Of a stretch of DNA of 64,000 nt, positions 54,694 through 64,000 are shown in pieces; position 1 is the stretch's first letter, and every line of letters begins with the position of its first letter. A program made the translations under genes and the position numbers. A model generated the notes under the pieces. It ran no database searches. It saw only the letters and a program-made list of their open reading frames with translations, and was not told where the DNA came from. The stretch is taken from IMG/VR virus record IMGVR_UViG_3300037418_003024, positions 1 to 64,000 of that record; one strand, given 5' to 3'. Source of the DNA: a virus.

Positions 54694-56649
54694 ATGTTAC
54701 TCAAGCGGCTCAGCCTCTCCAATTTCAAAGGCATCCGATCGTTCGACCTGAACGCAGGTGGCGGATCGGTTTCTATTTTTGCCGACAACGGTGTCGGTAA
54801 GTCCTCGCTCATGGACGCTTATCTGTGGTGTCTGTTCGGCAAGGATGGCCGAGGGCAGGCGAAGTTCGATATCAAGACAATCGTGGGCGGCGAGCCGCTG
54901 CACAACGTTAACCACACGGTCGAAGCTGTCCTTGTTGGGCCGAAGGGCGAATATACGTTCACTCGCACGTATCGCGAGGTCTACACACAGAAGCGCGGTT
55001 CGGTGACCGATGAATTCTCCGGCCATACGACAGATTACCGCGTGAACGGCGTGCCGGTCGACGAGCGCGCTTATCAGGCTGAGGTTGCCTCAATCTGCCC
55101 CGAAGCGACGTTCCGGCTGCTGAGCGACCCCTTCTATTTCGCCTCGATCCCCTGGCGCGACCGCAGGGCGATGCTGATGAAGGCATTCGCTCCCGACGTT
55201 ACGGATGACGTCGTAATCGAATCTACCCCCTCGCTGATCGGACTGCGTGCGGTCCTCGGTCGATACACGGTCGAGCAGTACAAGGAAGTCGCCGCCGCGC
55301 AACGCAAGAAGATCAATGATCAGCTTAAAGGCATCCCGGCGCGCATCGACGAGTTGAACCGCACTCTTCGTGCATCGGCTCCTGCGCCGTCCGACGTCGA
55401 CATCGACAGCCTTCGCACGGAACTGGATACGGAACAACGGAAGAGGGCCGAGATCGTCGCCGGCGCCGGCGGAGCGGACATCTCCGTGAAGCTGTCGGAG
55501 ATCGATGCCGAAATGGTGCGATATGAGTCGAACGCGCGCCGGGCCTACGATGAGGCGAACGAAGCTGTTCTCCGTGATCAGCGCGCATTGCGTGTACGTG
55601 TCGAGGAGTTACGGGGCAATGTCGCCGTGCTCGATCGACGAATTGCCAGCGAAAAGGCGGAGAGCGAACGAACGTACGAGCTGCTTCAAAACGTTCGCGA
55701 TGAGTGGTCGGCACTTGCCAAAGAAGCCTACCCGGCAGGTAACGACCTGTGCCCGACGTGCGGCCAAAACCTGCCGGCGGATCGCATTGAGGCCGCGCGG
55801 GCTCTATTCAACGAAAACCTCGCCGGCCGCAAGGCCGACTGCGAAGCCCGTGGCAAGGCGCTGCGGAAGCAGTGCGTCGATTTCGACGCGCGCATTCAGG
55901 AGTTGTACTCCGAGTGGACGGCGGTTCAGGAAGAATTCGCCAAATTACAGGCGGAGATCTCTGCGTTTCCGGCAGTCGCTCTGTTTAGCCTCGACAAAAC
56001 TGATCCGGGATGGATTGAGCTGGTCGACCGCAAGAACGCACTCATGGAGGAGCGCACCGCCCTGAAGTCATCCGTTACCGGCAAGGTCGCGGACATCGAC
56101 GCTCGCATTCGCGACCTGCAACAGCAGATCTCGGCGGCGGAACGCGCGGCCGAGGCCGGGCGGCAGCGTGCCGAGACCGAGCAGCGCATCAAGCAGTTGC
56201 AGGAGGACGAGAAAAATCTCCAGGGTGAGTTCGAGCTGATCATGTACAACCTCGGGCTCGCGGAACAATTCGATCGCGCCCGGGCATCACTTCTGACCGA
56301 TCGCGTCAACCAGCATTTTGCCATTGCACGCTTCCGCCTCTTCACGATGCAGGTCAACGGCGGTTTGGCCGAATGCTGCGACATCGTCGATGATCAGGGC
56401 GTTTCTTGGGATGGCGGAATCAATACCGCCAAGCAGATTAACATCGGTCTTGATATCATCAACACGTTCACGAAGGCGCTGGGCGTCGAACCGATGCCTA
56501 TCTTCGTGGATCGCGCCGAATCCGTCACGCAGATAATCGAGACGGATGGTCAACAAATCAGGCTGATTGTGAGTGCCGCCGACAAGGAGTTGCGTGTCGA
56601 GGGCGGCACCGGTTCAACAACGACTACGACGCAAAAGGAACTCTTCTAA
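54694..56649 (+). CDS. Rad50/SMC-like AAA ATPase (phage recombination)
   Basis: NFKGI, ADNGVGKSS, zinc hook CPTCG, coiled coils, PIFVDRAES. Confidence 0.9.
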   Translation: MLLKRLSLSNFKGIRSFDLNAGGGSVSIFADNGVGKSSLMDAYLWCLFGKDGRGQAKFDIKTIVGGEPLHNVNHTVEAVLVGPKGEYTFTRTYREVYTQKRGSVTDEFSGHTTDYRVNGVPVDERAYQAEVASICPEATFRLLSDPFYFASIPWRDRRAMLMKAFAPDVTDDVVIESTPSLIGLRAVLGRYTVEQYKEVAAAQRKKINDQLKGIPARIDELNRTLRASAPAPSDVDIDSLRTELDTEQRKRAEIVAGAGGADISVKLSEIDAEMVRYESNARRAYDEANEAVLRDQRALRVRVEELRGNVAVLDRRIASEKAESERTYELLQNVRDEWSALAKEAYPAGNDLCPTCGQNLPADRIEAARALFNENLAGRKADCEARGKALRKQCVDFDARIQELYSEWTAVQEEFAKLQAEISAFPAVALFSLDKTDPGWIELVDRKNALMEERTALKSSVTGKVADIDARIRDLQQQISAAERAAEAGRQRAETEQRIKQLQEDEKNLQGEFELIMYNLGLAEQFDRARASLLTDRVNQHFAIARFRLFTMQVNGGLAECCDIVDDQGVSWDGGINTAKQINIGLDIINTFTKALGVEPMPIFVDRAESVTQIIETDGQQIRLIVSAADKELRVEGGTGSTTTTTQKELF

Positions 56650-57648
56650 ATGGCAGCAAGCACTGCGGCTCCGGCCGCTTCCAACGAAATAGCGAAACGC
56701 AACAACAATGGCGGCAACCAGGTCGTGACCACACCGCCGGCGGGGCCGGTGGCTCAGGTGATCAAGGAAGCCAAGATCACGAACCAGGTCCTGACGCAAA
56801 TCGAGGACCTTTCCCGCAACGGCCAGCTGTGCCTGCCGGACAATTACAGCCCTGCGAACGCTCTGGCGGCGGCCTACTTGATGTTCCAGGACATCCAGAA
56901 CAAAGAGAAGAAGCTGATCATGCACAATGGTCAGCCGACCGGAGTCGTGACCGTACGATCGATGGTCAACGCGCTCATGCACATGGTCAGCCAGGGCATG
57001 AACCCGTCGAAGAAACAGTGCTACTTCATCGTCTACGGCGACCAGCTTACCTATCAGCGCTCCTATTTCGGCGATATGGCGCTTGCCGAACGCGCTATGC
57101 CGGGGATTTCGTTCTCCTACGACACGATCAATGACGGCGATGAGATCGAGATCGAGAGCGTCCGGAACGCTCGCGGGCTACTCGTCACGACGATCGTTCG
57201 GCATAAAAAACCGTTCCCGCGGTCGGAGAAGGTTATTGGCGCATATTGCGGCGTGGTCGACCGTGACGGTGTCGAACTCGGATACGACGTCTTCGACATG
57301 GCACGCATTCAGAAGTCCTGGTCGATGTCGAAGACGGCGCATTACGACAATTCCACGCATAAGACGTTCACCGGCGAAATGGCGATGCGCACGGTCATCC
57401 GGCATCGCTGCAAGGCCATCATCAACGCGAGCGGCGACGAAATGTTGAAGAAAGCCATCGACCGGGCGGAAAGTGCAGCCATCGAGTCGTCGGTCGCTGC
57501 CGAGGCTTCGGAGCGTGCGAACATGGACATCATCGACGTCACGCCGCCATCGATGATTGAGGCGCCGACCTACCAGGATGACGACGAAACGCCGGCGGAA
57601 GCTGCCGCGACAGCGTCGACTTTGGGTCAGGTGCAGGCGCCATTCTAA
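56650..57648 (+). CDS. recT: RecT family recombinase
   Basis: QGMNPSKKQCYFIVYG..LTYQRSYFG...EMAMRTVIR. Confidence 0.9.
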   Translation: MAASTAAPAASNEIAKRNNNGGNQVVTTPPAGPVAQVIKEAKITNQVLTQIEDLSRNGQLCLPDNYSPANALAAAYLMFQDIQNKEKKLIMHNGQPTGVVTVRSMVNALMHMVSQGMNPSKKQCYFIVYGDQLTYQRSYFGDMALAERAMPGISFSYDTINDGDEIEIESVRNARGLLVTTIVRHKKPFPRSEKVIGAYCGVVDRDGVELGYDVFDMARIQKSWSMSKTAHYDNSTHKTFTGEMAMRTVIRHRCKAIINASGDEMLKKAIDRAESAAIESSVAAEASERANMDIIDVTPPSMIEAPTYQDDDETPAEAAATASTLGQVQAPF

Positions 57649-57656
57649 CGGCATCA

Positions 57657-58394
57657 GTGAGGACTGAACCTAACGTGATCGAGTTTCGCACAATCGCATC
57701 GAGTTCCGCCGGATGCTGCTACGTGGTGTCCGGCGGCGGGATTGAGAAGCCGCTGATGGTCGAATGCGGATTGCCAATCGCTCAGATCCGTGTGGCCCTC
57801 GGCTTCCCTTTGTCGTGGCTCGCCGGGTGCCTTGTCTCCCATTCTCATCAGGACCACTGCAAGGCGGCGAAAGCGCTCACGTCGGCCGGCATCAACATTT
57901 TCGCGAGCCGGCCGACAATCGACGCAATCGCGACCGATCGGCCCTACCGGACGTGCGAGCTCATTCCCGGTGACGAGTGGCAGCAAGTTGGCGAGTGGCA
58001 GGTGCTGCCGTTCGAGGTGAACCATGATTGCCCGGGCACTCTCGGCTTCGTGATTGCCTCAAAGCAGGGAGATAGGCTCCTGTTCATGACGGACACCTGC
58101 TACAGCCGGTTCCGGTTCGAGGGCCTGACGATGGTCGCGGTGGAGTGTAACCACTCGGAAGAATTGCTACGGTCGAATGTCGATCGTGACGTGATTTCCG
58201 GCGATCGATTTCGACGAACGTACAGCACCCACTTTTCTATCGAGCGACTCGAGCGGTTTCTGGATGCCTGCGACCTATCGAAGGTGACGAAGATGCATCT
58301 TTTGCACCTGTCCGATTCGAACTCGGATGAGGTCGCCTTCAAGTCGCGCATCGAGCGACGCTACGGCATACCGGTGGAGATCGCAAAACGATGA
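57657..58394 (+). CDS. MBL-fold metallo-hydrolase (exonuclease partner)
   Basis: SSSAGCCY, SHSHQDH, VNHD, TDT, ECNH, LLHLS. Confidence 0.9.
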   Translation: MRTEPNVIEFRTIASSSAGCCYVVSGGGIEKPLMVECGLPIAQIRVALGFPLSWLAGCLVSHSHQDHCKAAKALTSAGINIFASRPTIDAIATDRPYRTCELIPGDEWQQVGEWQVLPFEVNHDCPGTLGFVIASKQGDRLLFMTDTCYSRFRFEGLTMVAVECNHSEELLRSNVDRDVISGDRFRRTYSTHFSIERLERFLDACDLSKVTKMHLLHLSDSNSDEVAFKSRIERRYGIPVEIAKR

Positions 58395-58684
58395 GACACG
58401 TACATTTCAAGTTCTCGAAAAACGTACGGTCCGCCGGCTACGACCCAGTCAAGCAGGTGCTCGAGGTTCAATTCCGGCATGGCGGCACGTATCGGTACAG
58501 TGATGTGCCTAACGAGATCGGCAACGGGCTTCTCGCGTCGACCAAGCCGGGCGTCTACCTCGATGAGCACGTCAAGGGCAAGTTCGAATACGCGAAGGCG
58601 AATCCGCGGCTGGAGTATGCCGCCGCCGCATCGAAAGCCGCGCCGGTTCCCATGGACGGTATCAGGGATGTCTTCGAGGACTAA
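58391..58684 (+). CDS. KTSC domain protein
   Basis: SKNVRSAGYDP..QVLEVQFRHGGTYRYSDVP. Confidence 0.9.
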   Translation: MRHVHFKFSKNVRSAGYDPVKQVLEVQFRHGGTYRYSDVPNEIGNGLLASTKPGVYLDEHVKGKFEYAKANPRLEYAAAASKAAPVPMDGIRDVFED

Positions 58685-58718
58685 CCGGTCCTTCTTATCA
58701 TACGGACAGGAGGTGGCC

Positions 58719-59105
58719 ATGCAGGCTAACTACGCTCTCGCACAGTACGAAACACGCAAGAACCATATGCATCGCTGGTTGGTCGAGAACGCCACGACGG
58801 CGGACGGTACCCCGGTCACGTACGACCTACTGGCACGCATGGAAGTGTCTATAAACCGCCGGCAGCAGCCGACGGAAGCGGACTTCGATCTGCACGCGGA
58901 GTACACGCGCCTCCGCCTCTTATACTATCGTCAGTTCACGTTCAGCTACAAAGAGCCTGCGGCGCCGGAACCGTTCAACATCTTCGCCGCGGCTTGGGCC
59001 ACCGTCACGCGGCGACCGCTTCGTGTTTTCCTCGTGCTCTTCTGGCTCGTCGTCGGCATCGCGGTTTACGATGCACTGGGTTTCCTTCTTGGGGCTAATT
59101 CTTAG
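58719..59105 (+). CDS. Hypothetical protein with C-terminal TM helix
   Basis: AGGAGG RBS. Confidence 0.6.
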   Translation: MQANYALAQYETRKNHMHRWLVENATTADGTPVTYDLLARMEVSINRRQQPTEADFDLHAEYTRLRLLYYRQFTFSYKEPAAPEPFNIFAAAWATVTRRPLRVFLVLFWLVVGIAVYDALGFLLGANS

Positions 59106-59173
59106 AATGTCATCGCAATAGTCGCTTTACTACACTTCATGTTCCAACGCCAAACAGAGAGGGGGTGAGAGGA

Positions 59174-59518
59174 ATGGCTAGAGTTGCATCGCTGGTTGGT
59201 AAGGAGCTAATCGCCGCCGTTACGGAGTACGTCGAGGACGGCTTTACTAAGATCGCAAAGCACCATCAGGACCGGAACGTCGAGGACGGCAAGGTCTCTG
59301 AAATTACGATCAAGATATCGGTATCCCCGAACAACATCCGTCGTACACGCTTCGCGACCGCCGTCGACCACAAGGTCAAGCTTGCCGAGCCGAAGACTGA
59401 GAAGTACGCGGGGCGGATCTTCGTCAAGTTCGATGACAATGGCGAGGTTGAGGATACTTCCGACATGGACCCGGACCAGCTTCGCATGGACCTGGACAGT
59501 CGGACGCCGTCGCGGTAG
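59174..59518 (+). CDS. Conserved phage hypothetical protein
   Basis: EITIKISVSP...KVKLA pattern; pairs with the next gene. Confidence 0.6.
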   Translation: MARVASLVGKELIAAVTEYVEDGFTKIAKHHQDRNVEDGKVSEITIKISVSPNNIRRTRFATAVDHKVKLAEPKTEKYAGRIFVKFDDNGEVEDTSDMDPDQLRMDLDSRTPSR

Positions 59519-59584
59519 ATCCGCCGGCTTGCCGCTCATTTCATCTTTTCGCGCACGTTCCTGTTGATTTAAGGAGACCTACCG

Positions 59585-60373
59585 TTGGCCCTACAAACCC
59601 TGGACGAGACCGCCGGTCTCGTGAACTCAATTACGAAAATCCACCAAACGCCGCCGGCGTCTGTCGACATCTTCGGCAACCGCAAGGCGATCGCCTATAA
59701 CGGCAACATCGAGATCTACGACGATGATCATCTGACGCCACCGACCTCGCTGACCGTTTCGACGCTGACCGGCGTCGTCGATTTTATCAAGACGGAACTT
59801 GCGTCCCGTGACACCGACTCCCAGATCGTCGTTCAGGTTGTGAGCCCGAACGAGGTCCGAGTCGTCGCGCCGATCGTCGGCGACTTCCGGCAGCAGTTCA
59901 CGTACCTGATATCGAAGGCCGTGCTTCCGACAATCACCACTCGCCAATATATGGACGTCGAAGAGTTCATCATCCAGACTCAGTCGATGTTCGCGAAAAC
60001 CGATGACCAGGAAGGCTTGCTCATGTTCCTGGGGTCGGTCAAGGTCGAGAAGTCGGTTAACATGGCCGACGACGGCATCGGACAGACCGTCTCGACTAAG
60101 GCAGGCGTTGTCCGAGTCGATGTCAATGTGCCCGTCAAGAACCCTTGGTCGCTCGCGCCGTTCCGCACTTTCCCGGAGGTCGCGCAGCCTGTGTCCCCGT
60201 TCATCATCCGAATGGACAAGGACGCGAACGTTGCACTCTTCGATGCCGACGGTGGCGCGTGGCGAATTGCCGCGATCAAGTCGATCGGCGATTGGCTGCG
60301 TGCGGCCCTGGCCGATCAGGAAACGGCGGAGGGCAGCACTTCTCAACCGCTGGCCGTCAAGGTCATTTCGTAA
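59585..60373 (+). CDS. Conserved phage hypothetical protein
   Basis: TLTGVVDF...DDGIGQTV...LAPFRTFPEVAQP.SPF..R...LFDADGGAW. Confidence 0.75.
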   Translation: MALQTLDETAGLVNSITKIHQTPPASVDIFGNRKAIAYNGNIEIYDDDHLTPPTSLTVSTLTGVVDFIKTELASRDTDSQIVVQVVSPNEVRVVAPIVGDFRQQFTYLISKAVLPTITTRQYMDVEEFIIQTQSMFAKTDDQEGLLMFLGSVKVEKSVNMADDGIGQTVSTKAGVVRVDVNVPVKNPWSLAPFRTFPEVAQPVSPFIIRMDKDANVALFDADGGAWRIAAIKSIGDWLRAALADQETAEGSTSQPLAVKVIS

Positions 60374-60409
60374 GTCCCCTCGGTATGATTCCCCGGCGCG
60401 CTTAGTTGG

Positions 60410-60730
60410 GTGCCGGGGACTTCTGGAGGCCGCAAAGTGCGCGTCGAAGTGACATGGGAGGACATCCAGAACGGCACGCGCCGCGGCACCTACGACAACC
60501 CGCTCGCGCTGGCGTTTTCGCGTGCGGTCGGCGTCCCGGTCTGCGTCTACAACGACCGCTCGAACGGGTGGGTCGCCGAGTACAGACTGCCCGGCGCGGA
60601 ACTCGCGACGACCTTCGGCGTCAAAGGCGCCTACGCCGGCAACAATCCGTACCAGCACGAGATGTCCGATGATGATCACGTAGCTCTGGCGGAATGCCTG
60701 GGGGGGGGTAAGTGGCATGGTCATTATTAG
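60410..60730 (+). CDS. Hypothetical protein ending in a Dam C-terminal-like segment
   Basis: Ends YQHEMSDDDHVALAECL, then a G9 run. Confidence 0.5.
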   Translation: MPGTSGGRKVRVEVTWEDIQNGTRRGTYDNPLALAFSRAVGVPVCVYNDRSNGWVAEYRLPGAELATTFGVKGAYAGNNPYQHEMSDDDHVALAECLGGGKWHGHY

Positions 60731-60908
60731 TGGCTACCGGTCAGACTTGTACGACAATTTGTACCGATGCGATAGGTGGTTGAGGCTTGATCGTTCCTCA
60801 CATGCATCTGGGGCGAGTGGTGCCGTTCCGCGCACAGAGTCCATATGGCTGAATGCCTCAGTTCGTGCAAAGATGCCACAAACAGCGTTATTGGAGGTGG
60901 CGGCGTGA
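60717..60908 (+). pseudogene. C-terminal remnant of a Dam-type DNA adenine methylase
   Basis: VIISGYRSDLYDNLY..W...RTESIWLN; no DPPY or SAM motif upstream. Confidence 0.7.
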
Positions 60909-61501
60909 GCCAAACAGCCACCATCACCCACCGGCGCATTGTCGACAAAAACGGCGGCGATTTCTACCCTACGCCGACGTGGGCGACACGAGCTCTGCTG
61001 GACGTGGAGACGTTTACCGGCACGATATGGGAGCCGGCGTGCGGCGACGGATCAATGTCGCGCGTGCTTGAGGAAACCGGCTGCTGGGTGACAAGCTCGG
61101 ACCTGTACGACCGCGGCTACGGAAACATTGGGGTCGATTTCTTGACCCACCGTCCGCTGTATCCGGACAACATCGTCACGAATCCGCCATTCGAATTCGC
61201 CGAGAAGTTCGTTGAGCGCGCCTTGATGCAGGCGAAACACAAGGTCGCCCTTCTACTCAGGCTGCAGTTTGTCTCGGGCGCCGGGCGACAGCGACGTATC
61301 TACGCGCGAATTCCGCCGAGCCGGATATGGGTCTTCTCCGAGCGCATTACGATGTACCCGAATGGAGTCCAGACCGGCGGCAGCGGAACGACCGATTACG
61401 CTTGGTACATCTGGGACGCGAGCAGTAAACCTGAACCGCTGACCTCGGCCTTCCACTGGATACCGGCAGGCACGCGCGCCAAATACACACAGGAGGGTTG
61501 A
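60905..61501 (+). CDS. Phage N6-adenine DNA methyltransferase
   Basis: DFYPTP, WEPACGDG, IVTNPPF, YAWYIW. Confidence 0.85.
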   Translation: MSQTATITHRRIVDKNGGDFYPTPTWATRALLDVETFTGTIWEPACGDGSMSRVLEETGCWVTSSDLYDRGYGNIGVDFLTHRPLYPDNIVTNPPFEFAEKFVERALMQAKHKVALLLRLQFVSGAGRQRRIYARIPPSRIWVFSERITMYPNGVQTGGSGTTDYAWYIWDASSKPEPLTSAFHWIPAGTRAKYTQEG

Positions 61502-61992
61502 TTTTGACGACACCTACCATAGTCTTTCGATGCAAAGTGATCGGGAAGCCGGAGCCACAGGGCAGTTCGAAAGGCTTCAACCGAGGGGGCCGGGTGATTA
61601 TCACCAGTGCCAACAAGAACCTTAAAGGCTGGCGCAACACTATGGCCGCGACCTTCTTCGAACATGTCGGCGACAACGGCCCTATCTTTGATGGACCCGT
61701 CGAAGTGTCCGCCATTTTTCTTATGCCGCGCATCGCATCGCTGCCAAAGAGCAAGGAGAAGCCTCACACGGTCAAACCTGACCTAGATAAGTTATTGCGC
61801 GGATTGTGTGATTCGCTGACACAGGGCCGTGTACTGAGAGACGATAGCTTGATCGTGGCGTACGGTCGATTGGAGAAGCGGTATGCGCTCGCGAACGAAG
61901 CGCCGGGCGTCGAAGTAGAGGTGAGGGTGGCGGCGTCGCAAAGCATGCCCTCGACGAACTGCTCGAAGCTGGCGTCGACGTCAAGATCGTGA
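61498..61992 (+). CDS. rusA: RusA family Holliday junction resolvase
   Basis: GKPEPQGS...KPDLDKLLRGLCDSLT..VLRDDSLIV. Confidence 0.9.
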   Translation: MILTTPTIVFRCKVIGKPEPQGSSKGFNRGGRVIITSANKNLKGWRNTMAATFFEHVGDNGPIFDGPVEVSAIFLMPRIASLPKSKEKPHTVKPDLDKLLRGLCDSLTQGRVLRDDSLIVAYGRLEKRYALANEAPGVEVEVRVAASQSMPSTNCSKLASTSRS

Positions 61993-62023
61993 CGGGCGAA
62001 ACGGAGAAGGTTGGTGACGAGGA

Positions 62024-62590
62024 ATGAGCATCTACACCTTCGGTTATCGCGGTCAGCGCGTTCGCGATATCGACTGGCTCACCGGTCGGTACGACGCCAA
62101 GCTCATCGACATTCGCATGTCGGCGACGTCCAGCCGTCCTGAGTGGAACGGGGCGTCCCTGCACGCTACCCTCGGCGATCGATACATCCACATCCCAGAG
62201 TTCGGCAATCGGAACTACGCCAACGGCGGCCCGATCGAAATTGCCGACGTCGACGCCGGCATGGAGGCGATCAACCGCTGGAAACTCTTCGCGGCGTCTG
62301 GATCAGCCTCAATCATCCTTATGTGTGGATGTCGCGAACTGGAAGGCTGCCACCGTCGCGTAGTAGCCGATGAGATCATGGAACGTTGGTCGATACCATC
62401 GTCGGAACTACGGTTCACCTGGACGAAGAACGCACCGAGTCAATGCCCAGTTTGCCGCGGCACGTATTGGAAAGGCACCACGCAGGCGACCGCTGTTCCG
62501 GATACTCCGCTACAGGTCGGGATCTGCGGTCACGTCTTCATATGGCGGCCGTCGACGGTCACTAAGGAGGTCGAACATGGGCAAGGATAG
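62024..62590 (+). CDS. DUF488 family protein
   Basis: IYTFGY...LIDIR...FGN...LMC.CRE...CHRRVVA. Confidence 0.8.
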   Translation: MSIYTFGYRGQRVRDIDWLTGRYDAKLIDIRMSATSSRPEWNGASLHATLGDRYIHIPEFGNRNYANGGPIEIADVDAGMEAINRWKLFAASGSASIILMCGCRELEGCHRRVVADEIMERWSIPSSELRFTWTKNAPSQCPVCRGTYWKGTTQATAVPDTPLQVGICGHVFIWRPSTVTKEVEHGQG

Positions 62591-63698
62591 CCAAATCGAA
62601 TGGTGTCACCACACCTTCAATCCATGGTGGGGCTGTACTAAGGTTTCCGACGGCTGTAAGTTCTGCTACGCCGATTTGCTGGCTAATCGTTGGGGGCACG
62701 ATGTGTGGGGCCCGAAGGCGATGCGCCGCAAGATGGCCGATGCGTATTGGAAGCAACCGTTCGCGTGGGACCGCGCGGCGGCAGCTGCCGGCGAACGCCA
62801 TCGCGTCTTCTGCGCGTCGATGGCCGACGTTTTCGAGGGGCCGGAAACCTGCCAGGATGCCGACGCATACGCGATGATCGAGCGGGAACGGTTGCGACTA
62901 TTCGATATGATCCGCCAGACGCCTAACCTCGACTGGTTACTGCTGACCAAGCGGCCCGAGAATGTCAATGGTCAAGTCTGTGATTGCCGCGACATTGCCG
63001 AACGACGTAATCCTCTAGACGAAAGTCAACAGTCCGCAGACCTGAGAAGCCTTGCGCACATGTTAAACCAGTGGGCAAACGGGAAGCCACCCGCCAACGT
63101 CTGGCTAGGCACATCTGTCGAGAACCAGAAAGCGGCCGACGAACGCATTCCCGAACTCTTGAAAATCCCGGCCGTCGTACGGTTCCTATCGTGTGAGCCG
63201 TTGCTTGGGGCCGTCGATCTTACGGTCTTGCGCAAATACAACAAAGCTCGGCTTCCATGGATTGATGCATTGCGGGGCCACACGACTAAGGGCCGTTTAC
63301 CGATATCGCCCGACCACTGCGGAATTAGCATCACAGTGGCTCGCACTCTACCGAAGATCGATTGGGTGATCATCGGTGGAGAGTCCGGCCATAGTGCACG
63401 TCCGATGCATGTTGATTGGGTGCGTTCCCTTCGAGATCAGTGCGTCGAGGCGGACGTACCCGTGTTCTTCAAGCAATGGGGCTGCTGGATACCGCAGTCT
63501 CAACTTGACCCGTCTATCCTCGTCGGTAAAAGCCAAATACTCGATTATGATGGCACACTTCGACCGACATCGACGGCTAACGACCCGGTCGACGATCCGT
63601 CGCACGTCGCATGCGTCGTCTACCCAGTAAGCAAGAAGACTGCAGGGCGCGTGCTTGACGGCCGCACATGGGACCAGTTTCCGGAGGTGGCGGCGTGA
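62577..63698 (+). CDS. Phage Gp37/Gp68 family (DUF5131) protein
   Basis: IEWCHHTFNPWWGCTKVSDGCKFCYA, FCASMADVF, LLTKRP, FLSCEPLLG, IIGGESG, FFKQWG. Confidence 0.92.
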   Translation: MGKDSQIEWCHHTFNPWWGCTKVSDGCKFCYADLLANRWGHDVWGPKAMRRKMADAYWKQPFAWDRAAAAAGERHRVFCASMADVFEGPETCQDADAYAMIERERLRLFDMIRQTPNLDWLLLTKRPENVNGQVCDCRDIAERRNPLDESQQSADLRSLAHMLNQWANGKPPANVWLGTSVENQKAADERIPELLKIPAVVRFLSCEPLLGAVDLTVLRKYNKARLPWIDALRGHTTKGRLPISPDHCGISITVARTLPKIDWVIIGGESGHSARPMHVDWVRSLRDQCVEADVPVFFKQWGCWIPQSQLDPSILVGKSQILDYDGTLRPTSTANDPVDDPSHVACVVYPVSKKTAGRVLDGRTWDQFPEVAA

Positions 63699-64000
63699 CC
63701 AAGATCCTCACCATGAACCCCGCTATCAAGCCAGGGCACGTACCCGCGCTGGGCCTGTGGCAGCCGTGGGCGTCTCTGGCCACGTGGCGCGACTTGGATA
63801 ACGAACACGAGGCAGTCGGCGTGAAGGCTCATGAGACGCGCCATTGGCGCACTGATTACCGTGGCCCCGTCATTATCCAAGCAACGATCAAGTGGAACAC
63901 CGATCTCGCCCAGATGTGTGTTGAGGATCCGTTTCGATCGGTGATTGAGCGCTATCTGTCCTTGGATCCAGGCACCCTCACGCGTTCGAACATCTATCAC
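63695..64000 (+). CDS. ASCH-domain protein (truncated by window end)
   Basis: ALGLWQPWASL...GVKAHETRHWRTDYRGPVIIQA. Confidence 0.75.
   Translation, partial: MTKILTMNPAIKPGHVPALGLWQPWASLATWRDLDNEHEAVGVKAHETRHWRTDYRGPVIIQATIKWNTDLAQMCVEDPFRSVIERYLSLDPGTLTRSNIYH

Larger units (their letters stand above)
1..64000. mobile_element. Temperate tailed bacteriophage genome segment, probably the excised/attP form
   Basis: Head, tail, lysis, integrase, repressor and recombination modules in phage order; no host housekeeping genes. Confidence 0.95.

Overview
The window is about 64 kb of a high-GC temperate tailed phage. It is apparently in the unintegrated state, because an intact attP-like 3' half of tRNA-Arg(CCG) has phage genes on both sides. 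Order: small ORFs; a 1744-aa SNF2-like helicase; a sigma factor and GroES; an RNA cluster (a 171-nt tRNA-like RNA, an atypical tRNA-Met, a further structured RNA); a Twort/SPO1-like head module; neck and tail genes with a second (ECF) sigma, a dual-specificity phosphatase and a -1 frameshifted tail chaperone; the tape measure; a 5.5-kb insertion with its own promoters and operators; a 10-kb subtilisin/methyltransferase/glycosyltransferase/radical-SAM cluster; tail fibre and tip; lysis; integrase, attP and ImmA/ImmR/Cro; stress hydrophilins; recombination and DNA-modification genes. Terminase and portal are not in the window. The most striking hidden signals: (1) two solitary CRISPR-repeat-like units ending TGAGGATTGAAAC inside the lysis cassette; (2) a tRNA-framed RNA with complementary (kissing) loops; (3) a three-copy hairpin that sequesters the RBS of the capsid, tail tube and radical SAM genes; (4) a recurring phage promoter motif RTGATA-N15/16-YGKMTAC; (5) a radical SAM/SPASM enzyme with a Cys/Ser/Thr-rich in-frame insert inside a probable virion-glycosylation cluster. 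All calls come from motif recognition by eye; no database searches were run.
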